From contig NZ_CP019384.1 in the NCBI RefSeq assembly GCF_004102945.1, forward strand, positions 1,230,001 to 1,262,000: a DNA stretch of 32,000 nucleotides, read 5' to 3'. The notes below the pieces were generated by a model that searched no databases, was not told the origin of the DNA, and worked only from the letters and a program-made list of their open reading frames with translations. Made by a program: the position numbers and the translations under genes. The DNA comes from Candidatus Velamenicoccus archaeovorus. Lineage in GTDB: Bacteria > Omnitrophota > Gorgyraeia > Velamenicoccales > Velamenicoccaceae. Numbering within the stretch: the first letter of the stretch is position 1; each line of letters opens with the position of its first letter. Shown piece by piece: positions 8,990 to 16,238 of this stretch.

Positions 8990-9467
8990 GCTGCTTGCCT
9001 TTCTCGTGAAGAAAAATCTTCAGAAACAAAACCGCCCCGCCGGCCGTAATGGCGGAATCCGCCACGTTAAAAACAGGCCAGATACGAAAATCCAGGAAAT
9101 CGATCACATAGGAATAGCGTAACCGGTCTATCAGGTTACCGACAGCCCCTCCGAGGATCAGGCCGAACGAGAGGCATAGCCAGCCGTCGATCGCGGAAAG
9201 GCCGAAAACCTTATTCAACAGGCGTTTGCTTTTTAGCATCGCAACGATCATCGCCATGCAAAAAACAGTCGTCAGGATAAGAAAAACAGCGCCGCCCTTC
9301 CACAAGCCGAAAGCCGCGCCCGTATTGTGGACAAGGGTCAGATGAAAAACCTGGGGAATGACCGGATGGGTATCGATGGCACAGAGGTACGTCTCGGCGG
9401 CCGACTTGGTAAGCCGGTCCAGCGCGACAACTCCGACAGCGATGAGGATCACTTGGAGAATAGGCAT
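8970..9467 (-). CDS. lspA: Lipoprotein signal peptidase (signal peptidase II)
   Basis: 165-aa ORF with four hydrophobic segments. It carries the LspA motifs NTGAAFG and FNVADSAI (catalytic Asp context). Confidence 0.9.
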   Translation of the reverse strand: MPILQVILIAVGVVALDRLTKSAAETYLCAIDTHPVIPQVFHLTLVHNTGAAFGLWKGGAVFLILTTVFCMAMIVAMLKSKRLLNKVFGLSAIDGWLCLSFGLILGGAVGNLIDRLRYSYVIDFLDFRIWPVFNVADSAITAGGAVLFLKIFLHEKGKQHGSSHL

Positions 9468-9578
9468 CCGGCGAAAAGTGAAGTTCCGCTAAAAAAAGTC
9501 TGCGGTTTCTTCTTCGGTGCCAAGCGAAATGAAAAGGGATCGCCGACCTGTTTGCAACACAGGCTTATCGGCGGAGCT

Positions 9579-9983
9579 TCACCTTTTTTCTTTGGCTTGC
9601 TGACACTTCAGGCACAACGTCGTGTAAGGAACGGCCTTGAGCCGAACCTTGGAGATGGGTTTCTTGCAGGATTCGCACAAACCAAAACGGCCTTCCTGAA
9701 GTTTCTGGAGGGCATAGTTGATTTCCATGAGGACGCCGCGCTCCTTGGAAGCCAGCCCCAGCGAGAATTCGCGGTCATAATTATCCGTGGCCACGTCGGC
9801 CATGTGGAAGGTGTAGCCGGAGATATCGCCGGAGGCATCCTTCTGGGATTTCTTAAGCGTCTCTTCTGAAATTTGCGAGATGTCGCCAAGGATGTCTTCG
9901 CGCTTTTCCAAAAGGAGCTTCTTATAGAACTCAGAGGTCTTTTTGTCCATTTTACCTTGCTTGGCAGTCTTTCTCTTTTGCAT
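9579..9983 (-). CDS. DksA/TraR-family C4 zinc-finger protein (YlyA-like position between ileS and lspA)
   Basis: C-terminal CxxC-x17-CxxC (CESCKKPISKVRLKAVPYTTLCLKC) preceded by a coiled-coil-like region. I chose the ATG at 9981-9983 (MQKRKTAKQ...) because AGGGAG lies 7-8 nt upstream. The track ORF extends to 10049. Confidence 0.7.
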   Translation of the reverse strand: MQKRKTAKQGKMDKKTSEFYKKLLLEKREDILGDISQISEETLKKSQKDASGDISGYTFHMADVATDNYDREFSLGLASKERGVLMEINYALQKLQEGRFGLCESCKKPISKVRLKAVPYTTLCLKCQQAKEKR

Positions 9984-10048
9984 GTCTGTGGCTCCCTGTT
10001 TCACCGGCAGGCAGAGTTTACGTTGCGATGTCTTTTGAAAACTGTTCA

Positions 10049-10077
10049 ATTATATATTGAATAAAAACAAATGGCAA
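10049..10077 (-). promoter_or_regulatory. Sigma70-type promoter for the zinc-finger gene / lspA / lgt / rluD unit
   Basis: The minus strand reads TTGCCA (10077-10072), a 17-nt spacer, then TATAAT (10054-10049). An A-rich tract lies upstream. A 17-bp palindrome, ttcaat-tatat-attgaa (10045-10061), overlaps the -10 box. Confidence 0.55.
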
Positions 10078-10086
10078 TCTTTTTTT

Positions 10087-10150
10087 AATGAGGGCATGAC
10101 TTAGCGAGCCGATGGCCGTAGGCGGCGAAGCTAAGTCATAAGCCCGAATT
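10087..10150 (+). repeat. Hairpin repeat R, copy 1 (64 bp)
   Basis: Sequence aatgagGGGCATGACTTAGC...GCTAAGTCATaaGCCCgaatt. It has a 10-bp stem plus a 4-bp basal stem and an inner gccg/cggc stem. It matches copy 2 at 63 of 64 positions. Confidence 0.85.
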
Positions 10151-10285
10151 AATCCCCCCGGCAGCGCCTTCCCGGGGGCTCCCTCCCGAGGCAGCACCGT
10201 ATTCCTCCCCGGCTTTTCCCGCTCCATAATCGTTTGTCCAGCGGGATCCCGCAAGGCAGGAAAAGCCGGGGATTCCTGCCGAGGG

Positions 10286-10406
10286 AATGAGGGCATGACT
10301 TAGGGAGCCGATGGCCGTAGGCGGCGAAGCTAAGTCATAAGCCCGAATTTTGAGCACCGAAATTTTCTATCTAGCGAAATCCCGCTCGGCGGGAAAACCC
10401 GCCGAC
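10286..10406 (+). repeat. Hairpin repeat R, copy 2, plus a conserved 57-bp extension
   Basis: The core 10286-10349 matches copy 1 at 63 of 64 positions. Core plus extension (to 10406) is the reverse complement of 15937-16059, with about 7 core mismatches and a short indel-rich patch. The extension ends in the hairpin cggcggg-aaaa-cccgccg. Confidence 0.85.
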
Positions 10407-10522
10407 GGCCGCTATCAGAGCGTCATCGGCCGTCCGCCGAAGAAGTGATAGTGGACGTTTTAGTGGCGGGTGGATCACTGAGGCATGACTTTATAAAATA
10501 CAAACCCGCGCCCTTCCGCGCC

Positions 10523-13312
10523 TCATCCCCGGATTGCCTGCACGCAACGGCCGCAGATGCCCGGATAGGCCGCATCAACGTCGGTGTCCTGGGTATAATT
10601 CCAGCAGCGGCTGCACTTTTTCCCTTCAGCATGCACAACGCTGATGGCAAACGGAGCTCCCAGAGACGCATCGGTTTTGAGCTCAACGCATGAGACGATG
10701 AAAAAATAACGCAGCTGCTGCGCAAAACGGAAGAAAACCTCGGACGCCTGCTTGTCTTTAAAGGTCAGGATGACCTTGGCTTCAAGAGAGCTTCCGATCT
10801 TGCCCTTTGTCCTTTCCTCTTCCAGCGATTTAAGGACAGCCGGCCGTATCTCCAAAATTTTGTCGATGTCTTTGTTTGTGCCGTTTTCTGTCTCTGCGCC
10901 GTCGAAGGCCGGCCAGGAAGACAAATGTACGCTCTCCGCAACTTCGCCTTTGCGATGACGCATGGAGCGATAAATCTCCTCGCTCGTAAAAGGCAACACC
11001 GGCGCCAGCATCCTCGTCAAAGCGTCGAGAATGTCATAGATCACCGTCTGCGCCGAACGCCGCTCTTTCGAGCGCCTGCCCGCCGTATACAGCCTGTCCT
11101 TGAGGATGTCGAGATACACCGACGACATCTCCTCATTGCAAAAAGCAAAGAGCTTCTGGAACACATGATAAAAGAGATAGCTGTCGTAGGCCCGCGTGAC
11201 GCCGTCGACCAGCTGCGACAGGCGCGAAAGCGCCCATCGGTCGATGTCGCAAAGCTCCTGACGGCCCAGGCGGTCTGCATCCGGATCGAAATCGTTCAGA
11301 TTACCGAGGATAAAGCGCGCCGTATTGCGGATCTTGCGATAAGCATCGGCGGTGAAATTCAGGATCTCCTTGGAGATACGCACATCCTCGTTATAGTCGC
11401 TCGACAGGACCCAGAGCCTCAGGATATCGGCGCCAAAGTCCTTGATGATCTCCTGCGGGGAGATCACATTGCCCAAAGACTTGGACATCTTGCGGCCTTG
11501 CGCATCGACGACAAATCCGTGAGTCAAGACGGTTTTGAAAGGCGGCTGGCGGTCGATGGCTTGCGACGGGATCAAGGACGCCTGGAACCAGCCGCGGTGC
11601 TGGTCGGACCCTTCCAGATACAGGTCTGCCGGCAGCTTGAGGCCCGGCGCATTCTTGAGAACCGCCTGATGGCTGACCCCGGAATCGAACCACACGTCGA
11701 GGATGTCCGTCGATTTGTCAAAGGCCGAAGAGCCGCAGGCACAACGCAGATCCTTCGGCAAGAATTCTGCGACGTCGCTCTTGAACCAGATGTCCGTCCC
11801 CTCGGCAGCGACGCGGGCCGCGAGCTTTTCGATCAGGCGCGCATCCAGGATATGGTTACGACAAACGCGGCAGACAACGGCCGGGATAGGCACGCCCCAG
11901 TAACGCTGGCGCGACAGGCACCAATCAGGCCTGTTCTCGACCATGGCCGAGATGCGCTCACGCCCCGACGCCGGCACCCAGGCGACCTGGTCGCGGATCA
12001 CGCCGAGCAGATCCTGCCTGAGGCCCTTATGATCGATCTTGAGAAACCACTGCTGTGTCGCGCGGAAGATGACCGGCTGTTTGCACCGCCAACAATGCGG
12101 ATAGGTATGCGTGATCTTGGACGCCAACTTCAGGTATCCAAGATCCGAAAGTTTCTGAATGATGCCGGCATTGGCGTCAAAAACGCGCTGACCTGAAAAA
12201 TCCGCTACATCCGGCAGGAAACGGCCGCGCTCGTCAACGGGCATGACGACGTCGAGATGATACTTCTGCCCCGTCATAAAATCTTCCTGGCCGTGGCCCG
12301 GCGCGGTATGCACGCATCCAGTACCATCCTCCCTGGAGACATAATCCGCCAAGACAACGCGGCCTTCCCGCAGCCCGAAAGGATGGCGATACACAAGACC
12401 TTCAAGCTCTTTGCCAAGAAAACGCTTAACGACGCGCGGTTCGCCGTCCGATTCAAATTTTTCTCTCAGCGAAGTCTCAAAAAGATCGCGCGCCACAATC
12501 ATATGCTCGCCTATCTTAAAATCCACAAGAACATATTCCATATCCGGATGCACGGCGACGGCCACATTGGCGATAAGCGTCCACGGCGTCGTCGTCCAGA
12601 TACAGATGGTCGGCGGCTTTTTTCCTTCAAAAGAAATACCCAAATTCTGCGCATGTTCCTCGTTTTTTAGTTCGAATTTCACGTAGATGGAATCCGATTC
12701 ATGATTCTCGTATTCCACCTCGGCCTCGGCCAGGGCCGTTTCGCAGCGGAAACACCAGTGCACGGGTTTGAGGCCGCGATAGATGTAGCCTTCCTCGACG
12801 AGGCGTCCAAAAGACTTCAGGATCGCCTCCTCATATTTCCTGTCAAGGGTCAGATAAGGATGTTCCCAGTCGCCGATGATCCCCAATCTCTTGAATTCGT
12901 CCCTCTGGATGGCGACGTATTTCATGGCGTAATCGTAGGCCATCATGCGGAAGGCCACCCGGTCGATCTGGTCTTTATTTTTTTTGAGGTCCTTGAAAAG
13001 CTGGTGCTCCACAGGCAAGCCGTGGCAATCCCATCCGGGGATATACGGCGCGTCGTAGCCGCGCAGCGTCTTATACCTGACGATAACGTCCTTGAGGATC
13101 TTGTTCAAGGCATGGCCGATATGGATGTGGCCGTTAGCGTAAGGCGGCCCGTCGTGAAGGATGAAGAGTTCGCGGCCCTGGAAGGCACGGCGGATCTTTC
13201 CATATAATCCCATTTCCTCCCACCGGGCGAGGGTCTCAGGTTCCCTTGCGCTCAGGTTGGCCTTCATGGAAAAGTCCGTCTGAGGCAAGTTTAATGTCGA
13301 TTTATAATCCAT
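10523..13312 (-). CDS. ileS: Isoleucine--tRNA ligase (type 1, with C-terminal zinc finger)
   Basis: 929-aa ORF with the HIGH motif (PPYANGHIHIGHALNK), the KMSKS motif (GRKMSKSLGN) and C-terminal CxxC pairs (CSRCWNY...CGRC). Confidence 0.95.
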   Translation of the reverse strand: MDYKSTLNLPQTDFSMKANLSAREPETLARWEEMGLYGKIRRAFQGRELFILHDGPPYANGHIHIGHALNKILKDVIVRYKTLRGYDAPYIPGWDCHGLPVEHQLFKDLKKNKDQIDRVAFRMMAYDYAMKYVAIQRDEFKRLGIIGDWEHPYLTLDRKYEEAILKSFGRLVEEGYIYRGLKPVHWCFRCETALAEAEVEYENHESDSIYVKFELKNEEHAQNLGISFEGKKPPTICIWTTTPWTLIANVAVAVHPDMEYVLVDFKIGEHMIVARDLFETSLREKFESDGEPRVVKRFLGKELEGLVYRHPFGLREGRVVLADYVSREDGTGCVHTAPGHGQEDFMTGQKYHLDVVMPVDERGRFLPDVADFSGQRVFDANAGIIQKLSDLGYLKLASKITHTYPHCWRCKQPVIFRATQQWFLKIDHKGLRQDLLGVIRDQVAWVPASGRERISAMVENRPDWCLSRQRYWGVPIPAVVCRVCRNHILDARLIEKLAARVAAEGTDIWFKSDVAEFLPKDLRCACGSSAFDKSTDILDVWFDSGVSHQAVLKNAPGLKLPADLYLEGSDQHRGWFQASLIPSQAIDRQPPFKTVLTHGFVVDAQGRKMSKSLGNVISPQEIIKDFGADILRLWVLSSDYNEDVRISKEILNFTADAYRKIRNTARFILGNLNDFDPDADRLGRQELCDIDRWALSRLSQLVDGVTRAYDSYLFYHVFQKLFAFCNEEMSSVYLDILKDRLYTAGRRSKERRSAQTVIYDILDALTRMLAPVLPFTSEEIYRSMRHRKGEVAESVHLSSWPAFDGAETENGTNKDIDKILEIRPAVLKSLEEERTKGKIGSSLEAKVILTFKDKQASEVFFRFAQQLRYFFIVSCVELKTDASLGAPFAISVVHAEGKKCSRCWNYTQDTDVDAAYPGICGRCVQAIRG

Positions 13313-13337
13313 GGTTTTAAGTTATAAGCCTGAAGCT

Positions 13338-14198
13338 TTAGATATATTTACCTATAATGGGCTTGAGGTCCTTTTTGATTTTTGCGGAAATCGCCTTCTT
13401 GTCCGTGACGATCGCGTATTTTAAGGATTCCGAGCATGCACAGGACGATGGGGCCGATCCCAGCCTCCTGACGACCTCACCGACAAGTTTCTTGGAATTC
13501 TCGGCATTTTTCCTAAGGTTCGCCACGATCATCTCCACGGTCACCGACTCCTCTGATTCATACCAGCAGTCGTAATCCGTGACGGCGGCGATCGTGGCGT
13601 AGCACATCTCTGCCTCGCGGGCCAGCCTCGCCTCAGCCATATTTGTCATGCCGATGATGTCCATGCCCCAGGAACGGTAAAGATGAGACTCGGCCTTTGT
13701 CGAAAACGCCGGGCCCTCCATATTCAAATAAGTCCCACCCTTGTGGACGCTGAGGTTCAGGGCCTGCGCCGCACCCCAGATAAGGTCCAGAAGCTCCGGG
13801 CAGACGGGCTGGCCGAAACCCACGTGGGCGACGATGCCGTCGCTGAAAAACGTCATGCAGCGGCCGCCGGTGGTCCTATCGACAAACTGATCGGGAAGAA
13901 CGAAATCAAGAGGCTTGTGTTCTTTCTTTAGCGAGCCGCAAGCAGAGACAGAGATCAGTTTTTCAACACCCAGCTTCTTCATGCCGAAAACATTGGCCCT
14001 GTAATTGATCTGCGACGGATTGATCGTATGGGACGAACCGTGGCGCGGCAGGAATACGACATCCACTCCCGCAAGCTGCCCTGTCCTGTAACAATCGGAA
14101 GGATCGCCGAATGGCGTCTTGACCCGGACCTCTTTCAATGCCTTCATCCCCTCGATCTTATAAATGCCGCTTCCGCCGATGATGCCGATTTTGGGCAT
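13338..14198 (-). CDS. mtnP: S-methyl-5'-thioadenosine phosphorylase (purine nucleoside phosphorylase family)
   Basis: 286-aa ORF with N-terminal PKIGIIGGSGIY, plus FLPRHG and GMTNMAEARLAREAE segments typical of MTAP-type phosphorylases. A strong Shine-Dalgarno sequence (AGGGGGAG) precedes the ATG. Confidence 0.8.
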   Translation of the reverse strand: MPKIGIIGGSGIYKIEGMKALKEVRVKTPFGDPSDCYRTGQLAGVDVVFLPRHGSSHTINPSQINYRANVFGMKKLGVEKLISVSACGSLKKEHKPLDFVLPDQFVDRTTGGRCMTFFSDGIVAHVGFGQPVCPELLDLIWGAAQALNLSVHKGGTYLNMEGPAFSTKAESHLYRSWGMDIIGMTNMAEARLAREAEMCYATIAAVTDYDCWYESEESVTVEMIVANLRKNAENSKKLVGEVVRRLGSAPSSCACSESLKYAIVTDKKAISAKIKKDLKPIIGKYI

Positions 14199-14220
14199 AT
14201 CTCCCCCTCTTTAAACCCGT

Positions 14221-15048
14221 CTATATCTTTGCCAATTCGCCCGCCCGGCGGCAAGCCGCGCGGATCGCCTCGGAGAGCCCCTCGGCGGTCTTGTGCCTGG
14301 TCACAAACGCCTCCATGCCGGCCTCCGTCGTCCCCCCTTTGGAACAAACCCTTTTGATAAAAATATCCCTGTCGAAATTCTGCAATATCTTCTGTGTGCC
14401 TGCCATCGTCTTGTCCACAATGAATTCCGCGGCTGCCGGATCAAAACCAAATGCCAGGGCTTCCTTCACAAAAATATCCCTGACGGTCTCTGAATCCATA
14501 TCGTCCATCAGATAGGCGATGAAAGCCGGGCCGCTGCCCGCGACCGCCGTAAAGGCATTCATCAACTCTTCTTTGATAAAAACAACACTGCCGACGGACT
14601 CAAAGACCCTGGCGGCCGTTTCCTTCTGGGGCTCCGCAACAGCGCCGTTGCAGGAAATCGCCGTCATGCTGGCGCCGACAACGGCATTCAGATTAGGCAT
14701 GGCGCGCACCAGAGGCACGCGGGAACCTATCCTGGCCGAAAGATACCGAAGCGTCATGCCGGCGGCAATAGAAACGACCAGCTTGTCCCACCGGCCTTTT
14801 AAAACATCGAGGACCGTATCAATATCCTGCGGTTTGACGGCGATGATGATCGTCTCGCAGGAATCGACAAGATCATCAAGGCCGGAAACGCCGCGGACAC
14901 GAAAATGCCTCTCAAGGGCGTTTTGTTTCTGCGTGTCATTGTCAAAAACAAAAATGCGATCGGCCCCCCACGACTTCACAAGATTTTCCGTGAGGGCCGC
15001 TCCCATGTTCCCGCATCCAATGATCCCTACGGCCGAATGATGGCTCAT
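14221..15048 (-). CDS. proC: Pyrroline-5-carboxylate reductase
   Basis: 275-aa ORF with the Rossmann motif GIIGCGNMGAAL and a C-terminal P5CR-like SKGGTTEAG segment. ATGA overlap with the yggS stop. Confidence 0.85.
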   Translation of the reverse strand: MSHHSAVGIIGCGNMGAALTENLVKSWGADRIFVFDNDTQKQNALERHFRVRGVSGLDDLVDSCETIIIAVKPQDIDTVLDVLKGRWDKLVVSIAAGMTLRYLSARIGSRVPLVRAMPNLNAVVGASMTAISCNGAVAEPQKETAARVFESVGSVVFIKEELMNAFTAVAGSGPAFIAYLMDDMDSETVRDIFVKEALAFGFDPAAAEFIVDKTMAGTQKILQNFDRDIFIKRVCSKGGTTEAGMEAFVTRHKTAEGLSEAIRAACRRAGELAKI

Positions 15049-15755
15049 CTTTCTTTCCTGCCGCCGAAGATCCCGCGGCCGACACGAACAAGGGTAGCCC
15101 CTTCCTCTACGGCAGCCTCGAAATCATCCGTCATGCCCATGGATAATATTCGTAACTCGTAATTCGTAACTCGTAATTCGTTAACCCTGATCAATAACTC
15201 CTTCAGCGTCCTGAAATAAGGACGCGCCTCTCCGGGATCATGCACAGCCGGCGCCACCGTCATCAGCCCCTTCACGGACAGATGATCCAAAGATGCCATC
15301 TCCTTTAAAGCGCCGGCAACGTCATCCGGCATGAATCCATATTTCGCAGCCTCAGGAGATGTCTTGACCTCCATGAGGACATTCTGGACCTTGCCGATAG
15401 CGGCGGCCTGCTTATCGATCTGCCGCGCCAGACGGACACTATCCACAGAGTGAATCAAATCAAAAAGACGGACAGCTTCCCTGGTCTTATTGGTCTGCAG
15501 GTGGCCGATCATATGCCAAACTAAGGCGATGCCTCTTGCCGAAGCATAAGCCCGGACATGGTCGTATTTCGAAAGGGCTTCCTGAACCCTGCTTTCGCCG
15601 ATATGCGTGGTTCCGGCGTCCACGGCCCGGCACATATCTTCCACACTAACATTCTTAGTCACCGCAACAAGCGTGATTTCGGAGGGATCCGTCGCTGCGC
15701 GTTGCGCAGCCCGGATTATCCTCTCTTTGACCTCAGAGATGTTCTCGCGGATCAT
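15045..15755 (-). CDS. yggS: YggS/YlmE-family pyridoxal-phosphate homeostasis protein
   Basis: Motifs present: LVAVTKNVS (PLP lysine), HMIGHLQTNK, LSMGMTDDF and VRVGRGIFG. I chose the ATG at 15753-15755 (MIRENISEVKERI...) as a typical family N-terminus. The track ORF starts at a GTG at 15806. Confidence 0.85.
   Translation of the reverse strand: MIRENISEVKERIIRAAQRAATDPSEITLVAVTKNVSVEDMCRAVDAGTTHIGESRVQEALSKYDHVRAYASARGIALVWHMIGHLQTNKTREAVRLFDLIHSVDSVRLARQIDKQAAAIGKVQNVLMEVKTSPEAAKYGFMPDDVAGALKEMASLDHLSVKGLMTVAPAVHDPGEARPYFRTLKELLIRVNELRVTNYELRILSMGMTDDFEAAVEEGATLVRVGRGIFGGRKER
15148..15185. repeat. AT-rich 14-bp tandem repeat (about 2.7 copies) inside the yggS coding sequence
   Basis: attcgtaactcgta / attcgtaactcgta / attcgttaac. 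On the coding strand this translates as NELRVTNYELRI, immediately before the conserved LSMGM motif. Confidence 0.85.
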
Positions 15756-15936
15756 CTTCTTAAAACATCCACCATCTGGCCGCCCTTGCATCTGACTCTG
15801 AAACACGGCGGAATTCTATACCGTTACCGTCCTGCGGACTGGTGCAGGGTAACACAAATCCGGCGGAGTGTCAATGAGGGCGCGGCTGCATGAGCACAAA
15901 CACCGCCCCCGTCTTTGATGCATCCGCCATAAGAAC

Positions 15937-16059
15937 GTTGGCGGGTTTCCCTGCCTTTGGCGGGATTTCGCTAGATAGAAAATTTCGGTACTCAAAATTC
16001 GGGCCTATGACTTAGCTTCACCGCCTACGGCCATCGGCCCGCTAAGCCATGCCGTGATT
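15937..16059 (-). repeat. Hairpin repeat R, copy 3 (inverted, diverged), with the conserved extension
   Basis: It is the reverse complement of 10286-10406, with its core at 15996-16059. Two of its stem differences from copies 1 and 2 become G-U pairs when read on the minus strand. Confidence 0.8.
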
Positions 16060-16142
16060 CCATCCGCCACTAATACTTCGACGGATTTCCGCCGGAGGCG
16101 GATCAGCCCTGGCCTGTCCCAAAGAGGACAGGCCGAGGCTGA

Positions 16143-16238
16143 AATTCGGCCTTATAACTTACGTCACCAGAAGCAACGCAACGGTTCCCTGCCTGCCTTG
16201 GCCGAAAGCCAAAGGCAGGCGTAAGTTATGGCCTCATT
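16143..16238 (-). repeat. Hairpin repeat R, copy 4 (inverted variant with a longer interior), abutting the ftsA stop
   Basis: The ends aattcGGCCttATAACTTACG ... CGTAAGTTATGGCCtcatt mirror the R ends. The stem differs from copy 1 at 4 base pairs, and all 4 are compensated. The interior carries another hairpin (tgccttgg / ccaaaggca). The last 2 nt overlap the ftsA TAA. Confidence 0.75.

Noticed and set aside
9468-9578. A possible intrinsic terminator after the zinc-finger gene (gccga..cctgt / acagg..tcggc, followed by cccttttcatttc).
   Set aside because: The stem is interrupted by a 4-nt bulge and the U-tract is broken. No promoter is visible for lspA 110 nt downstream, so read-through is more likely. 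The evidence is too weak to list as a feature.
10087-10349. A repeat-spacer-repeat layout (64-bp R1, 135-bp spacer, 64-bp R2) that could be mistaken for a CRISPR array.
   Set aside because: There are only two direct copies. The repeat and spacer lengths fall outside CRISPR norms, the repeats are long hairpins, the spacer is itself hairpin-rich, and no cas genes are present in the window.
10018-10357. Track ORFs 10018-10296 and 10136-10357 (minus strand), which share the peptide IRAYDLASPPTAIGSLSHALI.
   Set aside because: The shared peptide is simply the translation of the duplicated R hairpin. There are no start-site signals, the ORFs overlap each other in a non-coding, structure-rich spacer, and they are out of line with flanking gene organisation.
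13313-13337. A T-box or other leader or attenuator upstream of ileS.
   Set aside because: Only 25 nt separate the mtnP stop from the ileS ATG, which is far too short for a T-box. ileS appears to be co-transcribed with the upstream genes.
15756-15806. N-terminal extensions offered by the ORF track: yggS to 15806, ftsQ to 18388, the zinc-finger gene to 10049 and murF to 28352.
   Set aside because: The yggS extension starts at a GTG and the ftsQ extension at a TTG. The ftsQ extension also runs deep into the upstream gene, and the murF one lacks a ribosome-binding site. All add residues not expected from the family N-termini. Downstream ATG starts fit homologue N-termini and, where visible, Shine-Dalgarno sequences better.
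10286-16059. Inverted repeats flanking a 5.5-kb segment, considered as a composite transposon or genomic island.
   Set aside because: The enclosed genes are ileS, mtnP, proC and yggS. These are core housekeeping genes in a conserved order, with no transposase, integrase or recombinase and no visible target-site duplication. The repeats belong to a dispersed hairpin family rather than to IS ends.
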